DNA of 64,000 bases. Source: Heteronotia binoei (taxonomy: Eukaryota). Made by a program: the position numbers and the translations under genes. Each line of letters begins with the position of its first letter. The first letter of the stretch is position 1. The stretch spans positions 142,166,001 through 142,230,000 of the forward strand of contig NC_083223.1 of NCBI RefSeq assembly GCF_032191835.1. Direction: 5' to 3'. Under the pieces are notes generated by a model. The model worked only from the letters and a program-made list of their open reading frames with translations, was not told the DNA's origin and searched no databases. Below, one piece after another: positions 33,001-45,319 of the stretch.

Positions 33001-34098
33001 CTAGCCAGAAGCTACGTCTGGTGGCCGGGGATGGCCGGGGAGATTGAGAGCTGGGTTCGAAGGTGCCAGGCATGCCAGGAATCACGGCCCGAACCTCCCA
33101 GCGCCCCCGCCACACGGTGGGAGTCCTCCAGAAAGCCGTGATCGAGACTTCACCTCGATTTCGCGGGGCCATTCCAGGGGCAGGTCTTCCTGATAATCGT
33201 GGACGCCTACACCAAATGGCTGGAGGTCTTTCCCGTAGCATCCACGTCCTCAGCCTCCGCCATCCGGGCACTGCGCAGGGCATTATGCACCCACGGCATT
33301 CCAGACACTATAGTCTCGGACAACGGGGCGGCCTTCACCTCTGGGAAATTCCAGGCGTTTCTCCAGAGGTACCTGATCAAACACATAAGGTCCGCCCCGT
33401 TTCATCCGGCCACCAACGGCCAGGCAGAGCGCATGGTGCGCACCACAAAAGAAGCCCTCAGCCGGATCGTACAGGGGGATTGGGAACACCGACTAGCGGC
33501 TTTCCTGTTCGACAACCGGGTGATTCCCAACCCTGTCACGGGGGTGAGCCCGGCGGAACTCCTCATGGGGCACAAGCTCATAACCCAGCTGGACAGGCTG
33601 CACCCCGACAGGGCTTCAGACATTCGCGGGAACCCCGAGGTCCGGGACGCGGCCCGGGGTTTCTTTGCAGGCGATCCGGTATACACCCGAAACTATGCTA
33701 GGGCCCCCGAATGGGTGGCGGGCCGAGTGCTGAGAGTCACGGGGTCCCACCACTACGATATATCAACCGAAGGGGGCCAGGTCGTATGGCGGCACATTGA
33801 CCAACTACGCCGCCGCACACTACCAGAAGAACCAGCGGACATAGAAGAGGCGAGACCCGGGGAGGAGCCACCCAGGGGTCGACCAGAGGACGCCGCCCCA
33901 ACTCCCAGTATACCGGCGCACGAAGCGCCCGGGCCGGCAGAGCCCGAAAGACCCGCGGAACCAGACCAACAGCCTCCGGCCGCATCACCACCCGCAGAAC
34001 CACCGGCAGCCGGAGCCGCGCCTCCCCCACAGGATCCCCTAAGACGGTCCACCAGGGAGCGCCGACCTCCCGCTTATCTCAAGGACTATATACATTAA
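30070..34098 (+). pseudogene. Gypsy gag-pol single reading frame, disrupted
   Basis: GCCACCATGG start. Zn-knuckle remnants (CASCGDPH..C; C..W..GHIARAC), protease DSG, RT (KLDLAQAYQQL, F(S)DD), RNase H (DASPYG, TDHKPL), integrase HHCC and D,D,E (LDFAG, SDNG, AERMV). Stops at 30133, 30604, 31990, 32053 and 33139; compensating frameshifts near 32815 and 33000. Confidence 0.93.
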
Positions 34099-34100
34099 CC

Positions 34101-34113
34101 GGGGGGGGAGGGG
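34101..34113 (+). promoter_or_regulatory. Polypurine tract
   Basis: GGGGGGGGAGGGG immediately before the 3' LTR. Confidence 0.9.
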
Positions 34114-34371
34114 TGTAGTGTATCGTCAGCTAAACGCGCCATGCGCTGAGGTGACTGGGCTGCCCCAGGCGCTCCAGCGTAGGGCACGGAATCCCCCGCC
34201 AATCACCAGCTGTGGTGGGAAGTTTAACAGGTCAGGATTGGCCTGACCTGTCCAGTAGGCTGTACCGGGGTTTGTACATAAGCGGGACCCAGCCCGCGTG
34301 TTCGCTCTCTCGCAACGTGCTCCGAATAAAGAATGTTGCCCAACTCGCGTCTCCCGTTTGAGTACGTTACA
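34114..34371 (+). repeat. 3' LTR (258 bp)
   Basis: TGTAGTG...GTTACA, contains AATAAA at 34325-34330. Confidence 0.97.
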
Positions 34372-35108
34372 GTTCTGTTGGATTGTGGCTATCAAATGTT
34401 GCTTTAGGAAAACAACAAGTGGCTCAGGAGGGGAGTAAAGAGCATGTATACACCATGAAAGAAGGGGAGAGCCTGGAGCCATCAACAGCCTGCCTTTGCT
34501 TTCTTGAGTCTGGCATATCAAACCTATCAGCTGGTTGGAGCTATCAGAACAAATGCCTAGGCTGGGGACTTGGGTTTTCTCAGTCCTCCTTTTAGTATGT
34601 ACCAGTTGAGGGGCAGGCATATGGGGGAGTCGAGGCATCAACCACTCTCAGAGATAGGAGTGAAGTCAGACAGTTATAAATGAAAACCTTAACATGGCAC
34701 ACACTGTTCTTTAATTTGGTTATTCTATCAAATATGATTTTAAAAATCAATACCTATCAGAAGTAGCTGGGAAAGGTTGCTAATACTTGTTATTCTGGTA
34801 TATAGCTGATATTGTTTTGGTTTGAAAAGGGCAGCAAGAAGTGTGTGTGTGTGGGGGGAGGAACAGAAAAGACAGGAAACAGATAATGGCTAACAGGCAG
34901 AATACATATCAATCTTGTCACAAAAGGGAACTGTAATGATGGGTTCCTGAGTAATGCATCTTCACTAGGGAAATTCAGATATGCCCCTTTTTGTTTCATT
35001 TTGGCTTTGTATGCTGTTTTTGTGAGTTTTATGATTATGCTAATTACTTGTGCAGGTATTGCTGATCAGTTTGTTTGCTTTAGGCCATTTTAAAGATGTT
35101 TACACACT

Positions 35109-35205
35109 CTATCTATCTATCATCTATCTATCAATCTATCTATCTATCATCTATCTATCTATCAATCATCTATCTATCCATCCATCCATCTATCTATCTC
35201 TCTCT
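35109..35205. repeat. (TATC)n/(CATC)n tetranucleotide microsatellite
   Basis: Read directly from the sequence. Confidence 0.95.
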
Positions 35206-35429
35206 CACCATATTTATGAAACTGATACAAAAATGATTTTTAAATATATTTGTTTTCACAGGGAAAAAATGATGCAAAGAACCAATGGGGTGGGGCACAA
35301 AAATAAAGACTACCAGGGCTGAATTCTGTAAGAAGAAAATTAAATCAGAACAGGAATCTTTGAACCAGAAAGGATGAGAAATTCAATGGGATCCCTAGTT
35401 TCCACCAATGGCCTTTGCACTATTTCAGG

Positions 35430-35610
35430 AACTCAGAGAGGCAATGAGCTCTCCTTCTTTGGAGATTTTTAAACAGAGGCTAGCTGGCCATCTGACAGTA
35501 GTGCTGATCCTGTGAATTTATGGGGCAGTATTTGTGAATTTCCTGCACTGTGCAGGGGGTTGGACTAGATGACTCTTGGGGCACCTTCCAACTCCATGAT
35601 TCTATGAACC
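35430..35610 (+). mobile_element. Older CR1-type LINE 3' end
   Basis: TCTCCTTCTTTGGAGATTTTTAAACAGAGGCT...GGTTGGACTAGATGA...CCTTCCAACTCCATGATTCTATG, a typical CR1 terminus. Confidence 0.75.
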
Positions 35611-36576
35611 TGGGGAGGGCTTTTGTATTGCATATAAATAGGAACAGCACTCCATTTCTTGCCAGCAGTAAGTACTTTCTCTGAGAGACTGTGCATCCAT
35701 GGGTTCTTCAGCAGTTTGCCTTGCTATTTCAATTGCAGTTTTGTAACTGAGCTGTGCATGGAAGAGTGGCAAATCCCCCTCCCCAGTCCCTGCCTTCTGG
35801 ATATTTCCACATGAGCACTTGGTGATGCTGAGTACTTCATGCCCCTATTTTGAAGTAAGATAAGACTAGAAGGGAGGATCATGGGGAGGCTGAGAACAAG
35901 AAAATACAGTGATACAATAACAAAACTACTAACACAAACTTATACTAAATATATAATTTTTTAAATAAAGTGATATTAATACACAATTTGTACATTACTT
36001 CAACAATGGGTAAGAAATACTCATAACAACTTAACCTATACATCTAAGCACAAACAAAAACTCGTAAGAATTTTACTTCCAATGAAGTGCAGAGTGCAAA
36101 AGAGTGCTTGTATCCAAAGAGGTTTTCATATCCAAAGTTCATTCCATAGTTCTTTAACCAGAAGACTCCACCAAAACCATGAAGCAGACATGCCTCTGTG
36201 CCCACCCTGCCACATTACTGGTCTGTATAGAGAGTGCCACTCTGCCCTGCTGGGCTTGCCAAATGCTTCATTGTGCCTCTTATAAAAAAGGAGGGTTTTA
36301 AAATTGCATGTGTTGTATTTATCTGCCTGAAATTCAGCAAGGAGGATCCCTGGGAGGAAGGAGACACTCTTAGAGAATTTCTTTCCAGTTGGAGTTCTGG
36401 GGGTGGAGATTACACCTAGAAATGTATTTCCCATTGAAACCAATGATAACAAATAAGAAACTGAAGAAAATAAAAATAATAAAACAAATCTTTTAAAGAA
36501 GTAAAACCTCTGCTATTAGCGAGCCATCTTAAGTTGAAAGTAAAGATGACTGAGTGGTGTGATGTGTGAACCAATT

Positions 36577-36756
36577 TAGGGCTGCCAGATCCAGGTTGGG
36601 ATATATCTGGAGATTTGGGGAGTGGAGCCTGAGAATGGTTGGGTTTGGGGAGGGGAGGGACTTTAGTGGGGTATAATTGCCATAGAGACATTCCACCAAA
36701 CCAGCCATTTTCTCAATAGTTGATCTCCAGCCATCAATTGAAAGTTGGCAACTCTA
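36577..36756. mobile_element. TAGGGTTGCCA-family MITE
   Basis: TAGGGCTGCCA...TGGCAACTCTA ends and shared body. Confidence 0.7.
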
Positions 36757-39700
36757 GAATCCACTATAAATGGAAAGCAGAAATTGAGAGTTCACATATT
36801 TTAAAAGTGCTTCTATGAACGGGTCCCCACACACTGCCCACACACGGCTTTATCATCCTTATTCTTCAGATATTTCAAGATGACAGTCCATACAAACATG
36901 GATGCATGGCATGAAGATTACTGCCCCTTTAGTGCAGTACTAATTTTCTTTCTAGAAAATCAGAAATTGGCATAGTAACCAGAACAAGACAGGAAATGTA
37001 GCACGGCTATTCACAGTCCTTCCAGAAGAAAGCATGCAAGCAAAAAAAAAAAAATCACATTCCAGTGGTGTACACATAGCTTAAGAATGTAAACAGTTTT
37101 CCAATGGGCTGCAGCATAAATGACAATATGTAGGGGCAGAGATTAAGATCCAGGTTCAAATTTCAAAGCTCCAAGCCAATTCCCTTCCATCCTCATCTGG
37201 AAATTATACAGGCTTTAGTTCCATCTTAAAGAAAGAGCAGCTCTTGGCATTGGAGTGCCTCTTTTTCATTACTAGAGCTCGTACAGTTCTCTCAGATCAA
37301 TAGAACCACTATGTATCTTAATAAATCTCAGTAACACAGCCATTCTCAAAAAGCTGACCCCATGTTACTTTTCAGCAGGCAAGTTGAACTATAAAAGTAT
37401 TTGAGGGAATATCTGCAACAGCAAGATTAAATTATTTTAGTTAAGCCATGAATAAAAAAACTGAAAATAGTACTCCTTGCATGGCTTAGTCCAGATTTTC
37501 TGCAGACTGTCCTAAACCTGAGGTCATATATTGTTTAGATATTGTATCATTTCATTTTCAGAGGGAGATATACAAATGTCCTTCATTAGACCTTCTTCAC
37601 AAGTAGCATGTCTTAAGACTAGATATGTGCCAAACCTCAGTTTCCTAGTTTACTTGGGAGTATGCCTCATGCACTTTTTGAGGGAAAGAATGCCTCGCCC
37701 CCATTCTGTTTCATGTAGAAAACTAACTACAATGGGAGTTGCATAATCATTTGAGAGTATACTTCATGCCCCTATTTTGAAGAAGCCATATACAATGTCC
37801 CTTCTCAGATGTGTTTCAATCAAAATGTCCAGGGCTACCTCTGTACCAAATTTCATTATGGCTAGTGTACACTATGGGATACATTTGAATTACCTGTTTT
37901 ATTGAAATATACAAATGCCCCATTTTCACTCAGACTGTTTTAATAATCAAGGCAGCGTGGATTTCAGAACTCTAGCCCATTGGGAAGTTCTTTAACAGTT
38001 TTAATACTCAGTTCTTTAATAATTTTCATATATTATTATATGTACTCCTATGTATAGTGCAGCCTGCCCCAAATTATAACCTTGTTGTGCCATTTTGAGG
38101 GAGACTGTTCTGCTCACCTTTGTTGTCCTTTCTCATTCTCTAATGATCAGGGCAGAATCAAATCAACTTCAAATTTTTGTTTGTTTAGCTCTACAACTGA
38201 GACTTCACTGTCCTCCAGAAGAAAAAGATACTGAGTTATACAATCAGACAAACTAGTTTGAGCAGCAAGGAAACACATTCTCAGAAACATTTTATTGAAG
38301 GAAAAAAATGTGGCCGTGCCTTTCAACCATTGCTTTGCTTTTAGATTTGTCAAGTTACATTGCTGTAGTGAGGGGATTACCATATCTGGTAGAATTCTTC
38401 CTTCTCTACAGTATTATTGGGAACCCCTTCAGAATCTAGGTCTGGCATGTCTATGCCCCATTTGTTTTCTATCCCACAGCCCAGGAGTCCACCTTCAGCA
38501 TCTCTGCTTCCTCTTTTATACCAAGAACATAAATTATCTCTTTACCTTAAGTTCAGTGAGGTTTTCCCACAGTAGCACGGTATCAGTGATCCTTCTTTTC
38601 CTCAACCCTCTTTCATCCATATCTGATCCAATCAAACTCAGCCCAATGAGCAGTAACATGGATGATATCAAAGTCTTTCAAAATGCATTGCAAGCAAACC
38701 AAGATTTCTGTCTCTCCCATGAGATTGATACAGCTTTTATGCTCATGTGACTTCACTCCCTGTTTTTCTGGAACATGACTGCTTCCATGGGGAGGAGAAG
38801 AGCTGCTAGCTGAACTCTGTCTCTTTATTTAATCGTATTTCTACCTGGGGAAGGCTCAAACAGTTTTTTTCTTAATTAAGAAAGGCCTGCTTTGCCCACG
38901 GGTTTGAGAAAACCACCATAAAAACAAATATACAACATGCTGAGATTATAAGAAATGCAATGAGATCAACCACATCAAAAGTTTTCCATGATTTCTTGAA
39001 ACAGGAGTTCAAATCAAAACTCTAGATCTAAACTCTGTGGAAGTCTTACATCTAATGTTGGTCTTTGCTTCCCAGGCTTATTATAACAAGCATGCTTTAA
39101 CTAGACTCCTGCCTTTGAGCATTCCCTCTCCCCCCAAAAAAACCTAGGGGCTTTGTTCAGACTCATCTGTATATTGAATCATATTGGAAGTGTCAGCTAC
39201 GAGAATACATGGTGCAGTTAATTACTGTATTCATTGACCTTTTGACTTCTGTTAGAAGAATACAGATCAAATTGTAAGTTAAATGAGCTGGACTGTTTTA
39301 AAGAGATCTCATTCTTTCAACAGTATTCATGTTGAAGTACCCCATGTTACTTCAATAGGAATGTTTTCTGTCTCTCTCTACTCTCTCCTCCCTCCCCAAA
39401 TCAAGCAATCTTTTTGGGAAGAAACTCAAGGCTGAAAAGGCATGAAAGGCAAATTACTTTCTTCATCCACCAGAGGATGATCTCTGAAGATCAAAATATC
39501 AGCAAAGCACTGCGGTGGAATTCTATAGTTGCCAAAGATTACATTATGCATGGGCTGTAAATTAATGGACTTTGGTTTTAAATACTCACTTGCTTATCAT
39601 TCACAGAAAATTAAACTCTCTCTAAGAGGGAGTGAGGCATATGAGATTGGCTTTCTTCTGCCTGAGAATGTCAGACAGCTTCACTGATTTAATGACACCC

Positions 39701-40641
39701 AGCCTGTCATTTCCCATAACTACTGTCATTTCCACAGCTGCTGTATCACCTGCATCTTACATAATGCACTGATCACATTGTTAATGAAACCATATGGATG
39801 GATTGGACATCAGGTGACTCATTACCACACAGGAAGAATGAATATATGCAACACTTTCATTCCTGCTCAGGTGTGTCTTTAGTTTTTTCTAACTTTGTGG
39901 ATACCATACCTTTTTTAAAAAAATCATTATCCACAGGAAAATCCAGTTACAAGAAGTAAATCCAACCTATTAAAAAGGAAGTAAGGAAGAGATTCACAGG
40001 GACTGGGCTTCAGCTGCCTGCCATCTGTGTATATATTTTCAGAACCTTCATATCAGAGGAGGAAAGAACGATGGGAATATTCCCGGGAAGGAAAAAAAAT
40101 CTGGACCTCTTAGTGTCCTTGCACCAGTGCTGGGACTTGACTGCAGTCCCACTCTCAACACAGCACCTGGCATTCTCAATCTTCTGCTGATTCTAGCTCT
40201 CTGTCTCCATCATGACAGACATGTGCTGTGCAAGGAAATTTGTGAAACGCCAGTAGAAACAAGGCTTCTTATACCCCACCTTAGTAGCCATATGAATGAA
40301 GAGTATGTTAAGTTAGTACAAACCAGTTTCAGTTTTAAAAATAGTTATCCCAGGCACGTGCAAGGCATTTGTGACTCATGGCATCTTTGTAGCTAAAGTA
40401 GATCTAGAGGTATAACACTGCGGAGCTGTGCAGGCAGTGCAATATGTTGAATTAAGGCTGAACAATTAGTTTTCTAGTTGATGGGTGCTATAAACAGCAG
40501 TCATGCCTGCAGTAAACGGTAATGGCTACAGATACAATATACTGTTGCCTATTCCTTGGTTGTGCTAATTTCCTAAATAAATAAGATTTTTCCGTAGGGC
40601 TAGATTATGCCTAGGTTTTTGCATAGGGCTAGATTACTCAT

Positions 40642-40928
40642 TGGAGCCCTGTGGCCCAGAATGGTAAGCTGTAGTACTGCAGTCCAAGCTCTGCTCACGA
40701 CCTGAGTTTGATCCCAGTGGAAGCTGGGTTCAGGTAGCTGGCTCAAGGTTGACAGCCTTCCATCCTTCCGAGGTCAGTAAAATGAGTACCCAGCTTGCTG
40801 GAGGGAAAGTGCAGATGACTGGGGAAGGCAATGGCAAACCACCCCATAAAAAGTCTGCCGTGAAAACATCATGATGTGACATCACCCCAGAGTCGGAAAT
40901 GACTGGTGCTTGCACAGAAGACTACCTT
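40642..40928 (+). mobile_element. Sauria SINE (Squam1-like), full length
   Basis: tRNA-like head, GGCAATGGCAAACCACCCC body, ACCTTT tail. 12-bp TSD TAGATTACTCAT (40630-40641, 40929-40940). Confidence 0.9.
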
Positions 40929-41187
40929 TAGATTACTCATCAGTGCCCTTTGATGGCTTCTGCGTGCTCCATGGCACAAGGAACTGGAAGGGGTACGACA
41001 ACATACTTGCCTGTAAGCAGGTTTATAGTGTGAAGATGGAAAGAGGAGTTTTCTTGTGCTGCGGATTGTCTTAGCAGCAGAGCCAGGGCAGCAATTGAAG
41101 GAGCTGGTGGGTGAGGCTACTGAATGGGAAACTGGCCTACAGCCCAGCTATGAAGTGTCTCTGTTGTTGCTTCTTTTGCAGGCTCCT

Positions 41188-41330
41188 CATTTATTTATTT
41201 ATATTTCGATTTATATCCCGCCCTTCCCACCGAGGTGGCTCAGGGCGGGTCACAACATATAAAACTTACATAGGTTTTGGCTTAAAAACAATTACATAAT
41301 AACAATTAAAACAATAAATTAATAAAACAT
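41188..41330 (-). mobile_element. L2-type LINE 3' tail
   Basis: Minus strand TGTGACCCGCCCTGAGCCACC...GGGCGGGATATAAATCG followed by (AAAT)n. Confidence 0.7.
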
Positions 41331-42599
41331 AGGACATAAAAAAAACCAGTGGCTAGGAGATGGACAACACAGGTCCTGCCCCTTGGTGGCCTTCATGAGA
41401 TTAATGCTGGTTTCTTTTATGGATCACAGTAGAAGCTGATGAGATGTACTGAAGGCTGAAGTTCATCTTCATTACCCACTTTCTGGCAGCCCAGTGTACA
41501 ACTTTCTATGCTATATACAAGTGTCATTGTAAACAATGACAAACAGTCCAAATAATTCTAGCTGAACTAAAAGCCCTATGTGTGTTCAAGTTTATTTCAA
41601 TTTTGCAAAAATGGGCACAGATATGTTGCAGGTTTTCTCTCCCTGGCAAAGTGATCTCCTCCTTCCTTCATCAGCCTGTTTCTCATCTCCAATTTCTTCA
41701 TTTTAATTCCCCCCAACAAGCAGTTTTTAAAAAACGTATGTATATACAAGTGTACACACCACATGAAGTACTGAGTGACTTCAAAAGTTTTAAACTGAGA
41801 CACAACTGAAACCAGATTAGAAACTACAGTCAATTTGTTCTCCAGGTATGAATTAAAAATTCATTAACACAGCACTGATTAATGCTTCCCCCCAGCTATT
41901 TAAGATGGCATGGTTTTTCCTATGACTTTCTTCAAATTCTGCATCTTATTAAGTGAAATCTCTGAGAGGTATCCTGTCAGCTAGAAAGTCCTTGATACAT
42001 CAAGAGCTGCAGCATCCCAGAAAGGAACTGACAGAACCTTGGGACAGAAACATTTTTAATTTACAACTAACTACTTTGCTTAGAATACATTTGGTACTTC
42101 ATCTGAGACAGGAGTCCAAAAATGTTGAGGCAAATACTTTATTAGATTTAGCTACTTGCACTCAAATAGGGTTTTTTTGTGTGTGTTGTTTTGAAAACTA
42201 TAGCAGGCATGAATTTTTAGACCCACCTTTCTCTGTTACAGCTATTTAAACTATTTCCTTATGTGTACCTTTTTGCCTGTCCCTCTGAAACAGTATTTTG
42301 TCCAATTTAAATTTATTAATAATTTGCTGTTTTCACATGTGAATCTTGGGTTTGGCTCTAAACTGTCAGCATCTTTAAAAATCAGTCTGCTCAGAAACTA
42401 TGTATTCTTCTGATCTTAGATCCCTGTGATCTTTAATCTCAGATTTAAGGACCAGCTGCAACAGACTAACCAGAGGAGACAATATAGCGCACTCTGTGTT
42501 TTCAGTCATGTGCCAGAATTCAGACTTGCTTGGAAAGCTTTGCCAATCAGCTCCTGTGGCCTGTGGAAATCACACTATTAGGCTGTCATGGGCTATTTG

Positions 42600-43005
42600 C
42601 AAAGGTGGAACTTGGACCACAGAATTTCCATTTGTCTGTGGTATACAGAGCAGAGCTATGCTCTTATTATGAAGAGATGTTCACCTTCCCACTTCATCTT
42701 GAAAGTGTAATGGAAGAAGCAGTGCATTGCATATAGAAAATTGCCTAACCTCTTGAAGAGATCCACAATGGAATTGACAGCTCATGAGTCTCTGGGAGCC
42801 CTTAGTATCCTTTAATTGGTCCACACCCGAGTAGACTGCTCTGTTCTTCACATGGTTACCATACTGCATACTGAGTACAGCACTACTACTGGGCTGTCCA
42901 GTTGTCCAAGAAATGACCTGCTTCAAAAATACCAGTATAGACCAGGTGCCTGCATTTTTGCAGCTATATGCCATGAAAATATTGCTTTATATAGGAGCTT
43001 GTGAA
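42600..43005 (+). mobile_element. Very old L2-like fragment
   Basis: TTGGTCCACACCCGAGTAGACTGC (LVHTRVDC) weakly resembles L2 MVTSRLDYC. Confidence 0.3.
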
Positions 43006-43130
43006 AAGGCTGGCCTAGATTCTTTGGCAATTATTTGGAATGGCAATTAAGCAATGCACAAATATAACTGTGATGTGAACAAAGCATGTACATACTTCTA
43101 ACCATCAGCATTTAGGAGGCAGCCACTTAA

Positions 43131-43345
43131 GGGGAGGGACGGTGGCTCAGTGGTAGAGCATCTGCTTGGTAAGCAGAAGGGCCCAGGTTCAATCCCCGGC
43201 ATCTCCAACTAAAAAGGGTCCAGGCAAGGAGGCATGAAAAACCTCAGCTTGAGACCCTGGAGAGCCACTGCCAGTCTGAGTAGACAATACTGACTTTGAT
43301 GGACCCAGGGTCTGATTCAGTAGAAGGCAGCTTCATATATGTTCA
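43131..43345 (+). mobile_element. Squam3-like (MIR/Ther1-related) SINE
   Basis: A-box TGGCTCAGTGG (43143), B-box GGTTCAATCCC (43186), tRNA-like head continuing into the CTGCCAGTCTGAGTAGACAATACTGAC body. Confidence 0.85.
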
Positions 43346-45319
43346 CTTGTCTTCATAACATCAGTCAACAAGATGTCTTCCATGACCTAAATGGTACTCA
43401 CACTTTAAATGAGGGATGACCTCTCAGTTCTAAGGCAGAACAAACATCCTCTGATTACTAAGCAAATTCCTCCCAGCATGTCTGGAGGCTTCCCTTTGGA
43501 CAGAACTACAGAACAGTCAATGCACTGATGATCAGTTCAGGAGAAACAGCATCAGAACTCATTCCAAATAACCTGTCCACCTTCACAAGTGTTATGATAG
43601 AACTGGTGATTGGTCTGTATAGTGACTGTGGAAAGACTGGGTGGTAAATAACCTTTGGGGTAGTTTTTCGAAGCGAATTGACCTATATTCGTGTTTGGGA
43701 CTTTGGGTACACATGGGAACATGGAGAGAAAGATATATTGCATTGTTTTCTCTCAATCAAGAGAAAACTAACCTCTGGAGATAATGCCAACTTTTCCCTC
43801 CTGATTAAGTAGTTTTAATTTACTTTGCTGAGGCCCATATCAACAGTGTAGTGTTTTCTTTCTTCTGCCTTAGATTTTCAAATTTGCACGTTGCATATGC
43901 AGGTTGCTATTGCCAGAAATTTTCCTTCATTTTATTTATGCAATATTTTCCCATTTAGGTAAGTCTGTAACATCACGGACACTGATAGGTGCCCATGATG
44001 TTCAAATAAGCACCATCTAGGTAATAACTGAAACTTACACTAACTAGGAAAAGAAACTTTATACTTTGTAAGCTAGAACAGTCATTTGTATGTTGGGGAA
44101 GCAGAATATTTCTGGCACTAAGGAGCTTCATTTAGGGGAGATGTCTGGATCCTATGAGCAGCAACTGCACATTCTGAGCCCTTTAAACTGAACAAATGGA
44201 ATGTCCCCAAGAAGCTTCATTGTGGACTGAATTATCCTTTACTGGCTATGAAAAGGAACACAGGGCTTCTAGCCACAAGCCTTGACCAGGAAATCTGCCC
44301 TTATTATGTTATGAAACCTTTCTAATTCTTCTTGTTCTTTTTTTAGTGAGCAGATATAGCAAACAGAGGAGTTAGGATGCAGGTTACCCAGCACTGTTGA
44401 CTTGGTTGACTTATGATCCATCACAATGCAAATATTTGCATTATGTCAAATTGTTTCAAAGGGAAATAAATCTAAGCAGTTGTTACCTCTAGCATCCATA
44501 TCTACCTCAAAGACCCTAAACCCACTTAACAGAAACATTCTGTTGTAGACACATGAGCCATTATCACACATTAAGAATACAGTGGCCAGTGAAGACCTAA
44601 GAATGACAAGACAAACAGTTTGAGTTCCATTCATCTCATGCATATATACTAAATGTAGTTCTGCTGGGGTAACATTAGGAGTCTGCTATATACCTGCAGG
44701 GTTAGATGTGACATGGTGGTATCTCTCTTCATAAGAAGAGAGAAATATTAATGAGCATTCTTTCATTCTGGTTGTCTTAACTTTCTTTGATAAGTTGTCA
44801 TTCAATTCACAAGAGAGGATTCAATAAACAAGAAGGGAGGCTGTTTGGAATTTATTCATACCCAGTATAGAGGAAATGACAAACATTTATTGGAAATAAC
44901 CTTGGACAGAGAGAGCATCAGATGACAGTTTGGATTAACTGAAAACAAAGTAGGCAAGAAGACAGGCAACAAAGAGTTCCTGGGGCTGTACCCAAGCCTG
45001 GGCCTGGCAGAGCTTAGTGTTTTGTGTCAGCAAAGAGTTCATCTCCCTCATCCCTGCAACTGGATCAGCTATTATCTTTGGATGTCCAATCTGATTCCTG
45101 TGTCATTGAGAGTAGAGCAAGACAATAGTAGAAAAAAGGGAAAGTAGCAATTAGCAAGACTTGGCACCATAGTCACTCAGAGAAGTGAGTATCATTAGAC
45201 CCACTTGGAAGTATTGATGTAATGACTTGGCTGGTATCTTTCTTTTGCTCTGAGCTAGATAGTGGTACACTGGGCTAACATCTCTTAATTCACCAATTCA
45301 AAACCTGCGGTAGACTTGA

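Larger units (their letters stand above)
29727..34371 (+). mobile_element. Complete Ty3/Gypsy LTR retrotransposon (Mag/K02A2.6-like architecture), inactivated
   Basis: TG...CA LTRs of 258 bp, 5-bp TSD GTTCT (29722-29726, 34372-34376), PBS, PPT, domain order gag-PR-RT-RH-IN, no env or chromodomain. Confidence 0.97.

Noticed and set aside
30133-33141. APOBEC-style G-to-A hypermutation (two Trp-to-stop codons in the Gypsy)
   Set aside because: Only two events in different contexts, and LTR differences are explained by CpG decay. A consensus alignment would be needed to show a strand-biased excess.
29739-34641. Many overlapping or antisense ORFs in the Gypsy element, including an apparent extra ORF 33063-33701
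   Set aside because: Alternative frames of a GC-rich gag-pol or LTR sequence; no env-like signal peptide or transmembrane segment.
43131-43207. tRNA-Thr(GGT)-like cloverleaf with intact A and B boxes
   Set aside because: It continues straight into a SINE body shared with 10880-11042, the acceptor stem pairs poorly, and G34 Thr tRNAs are atypical in eukaryotes. It is a SINE head.
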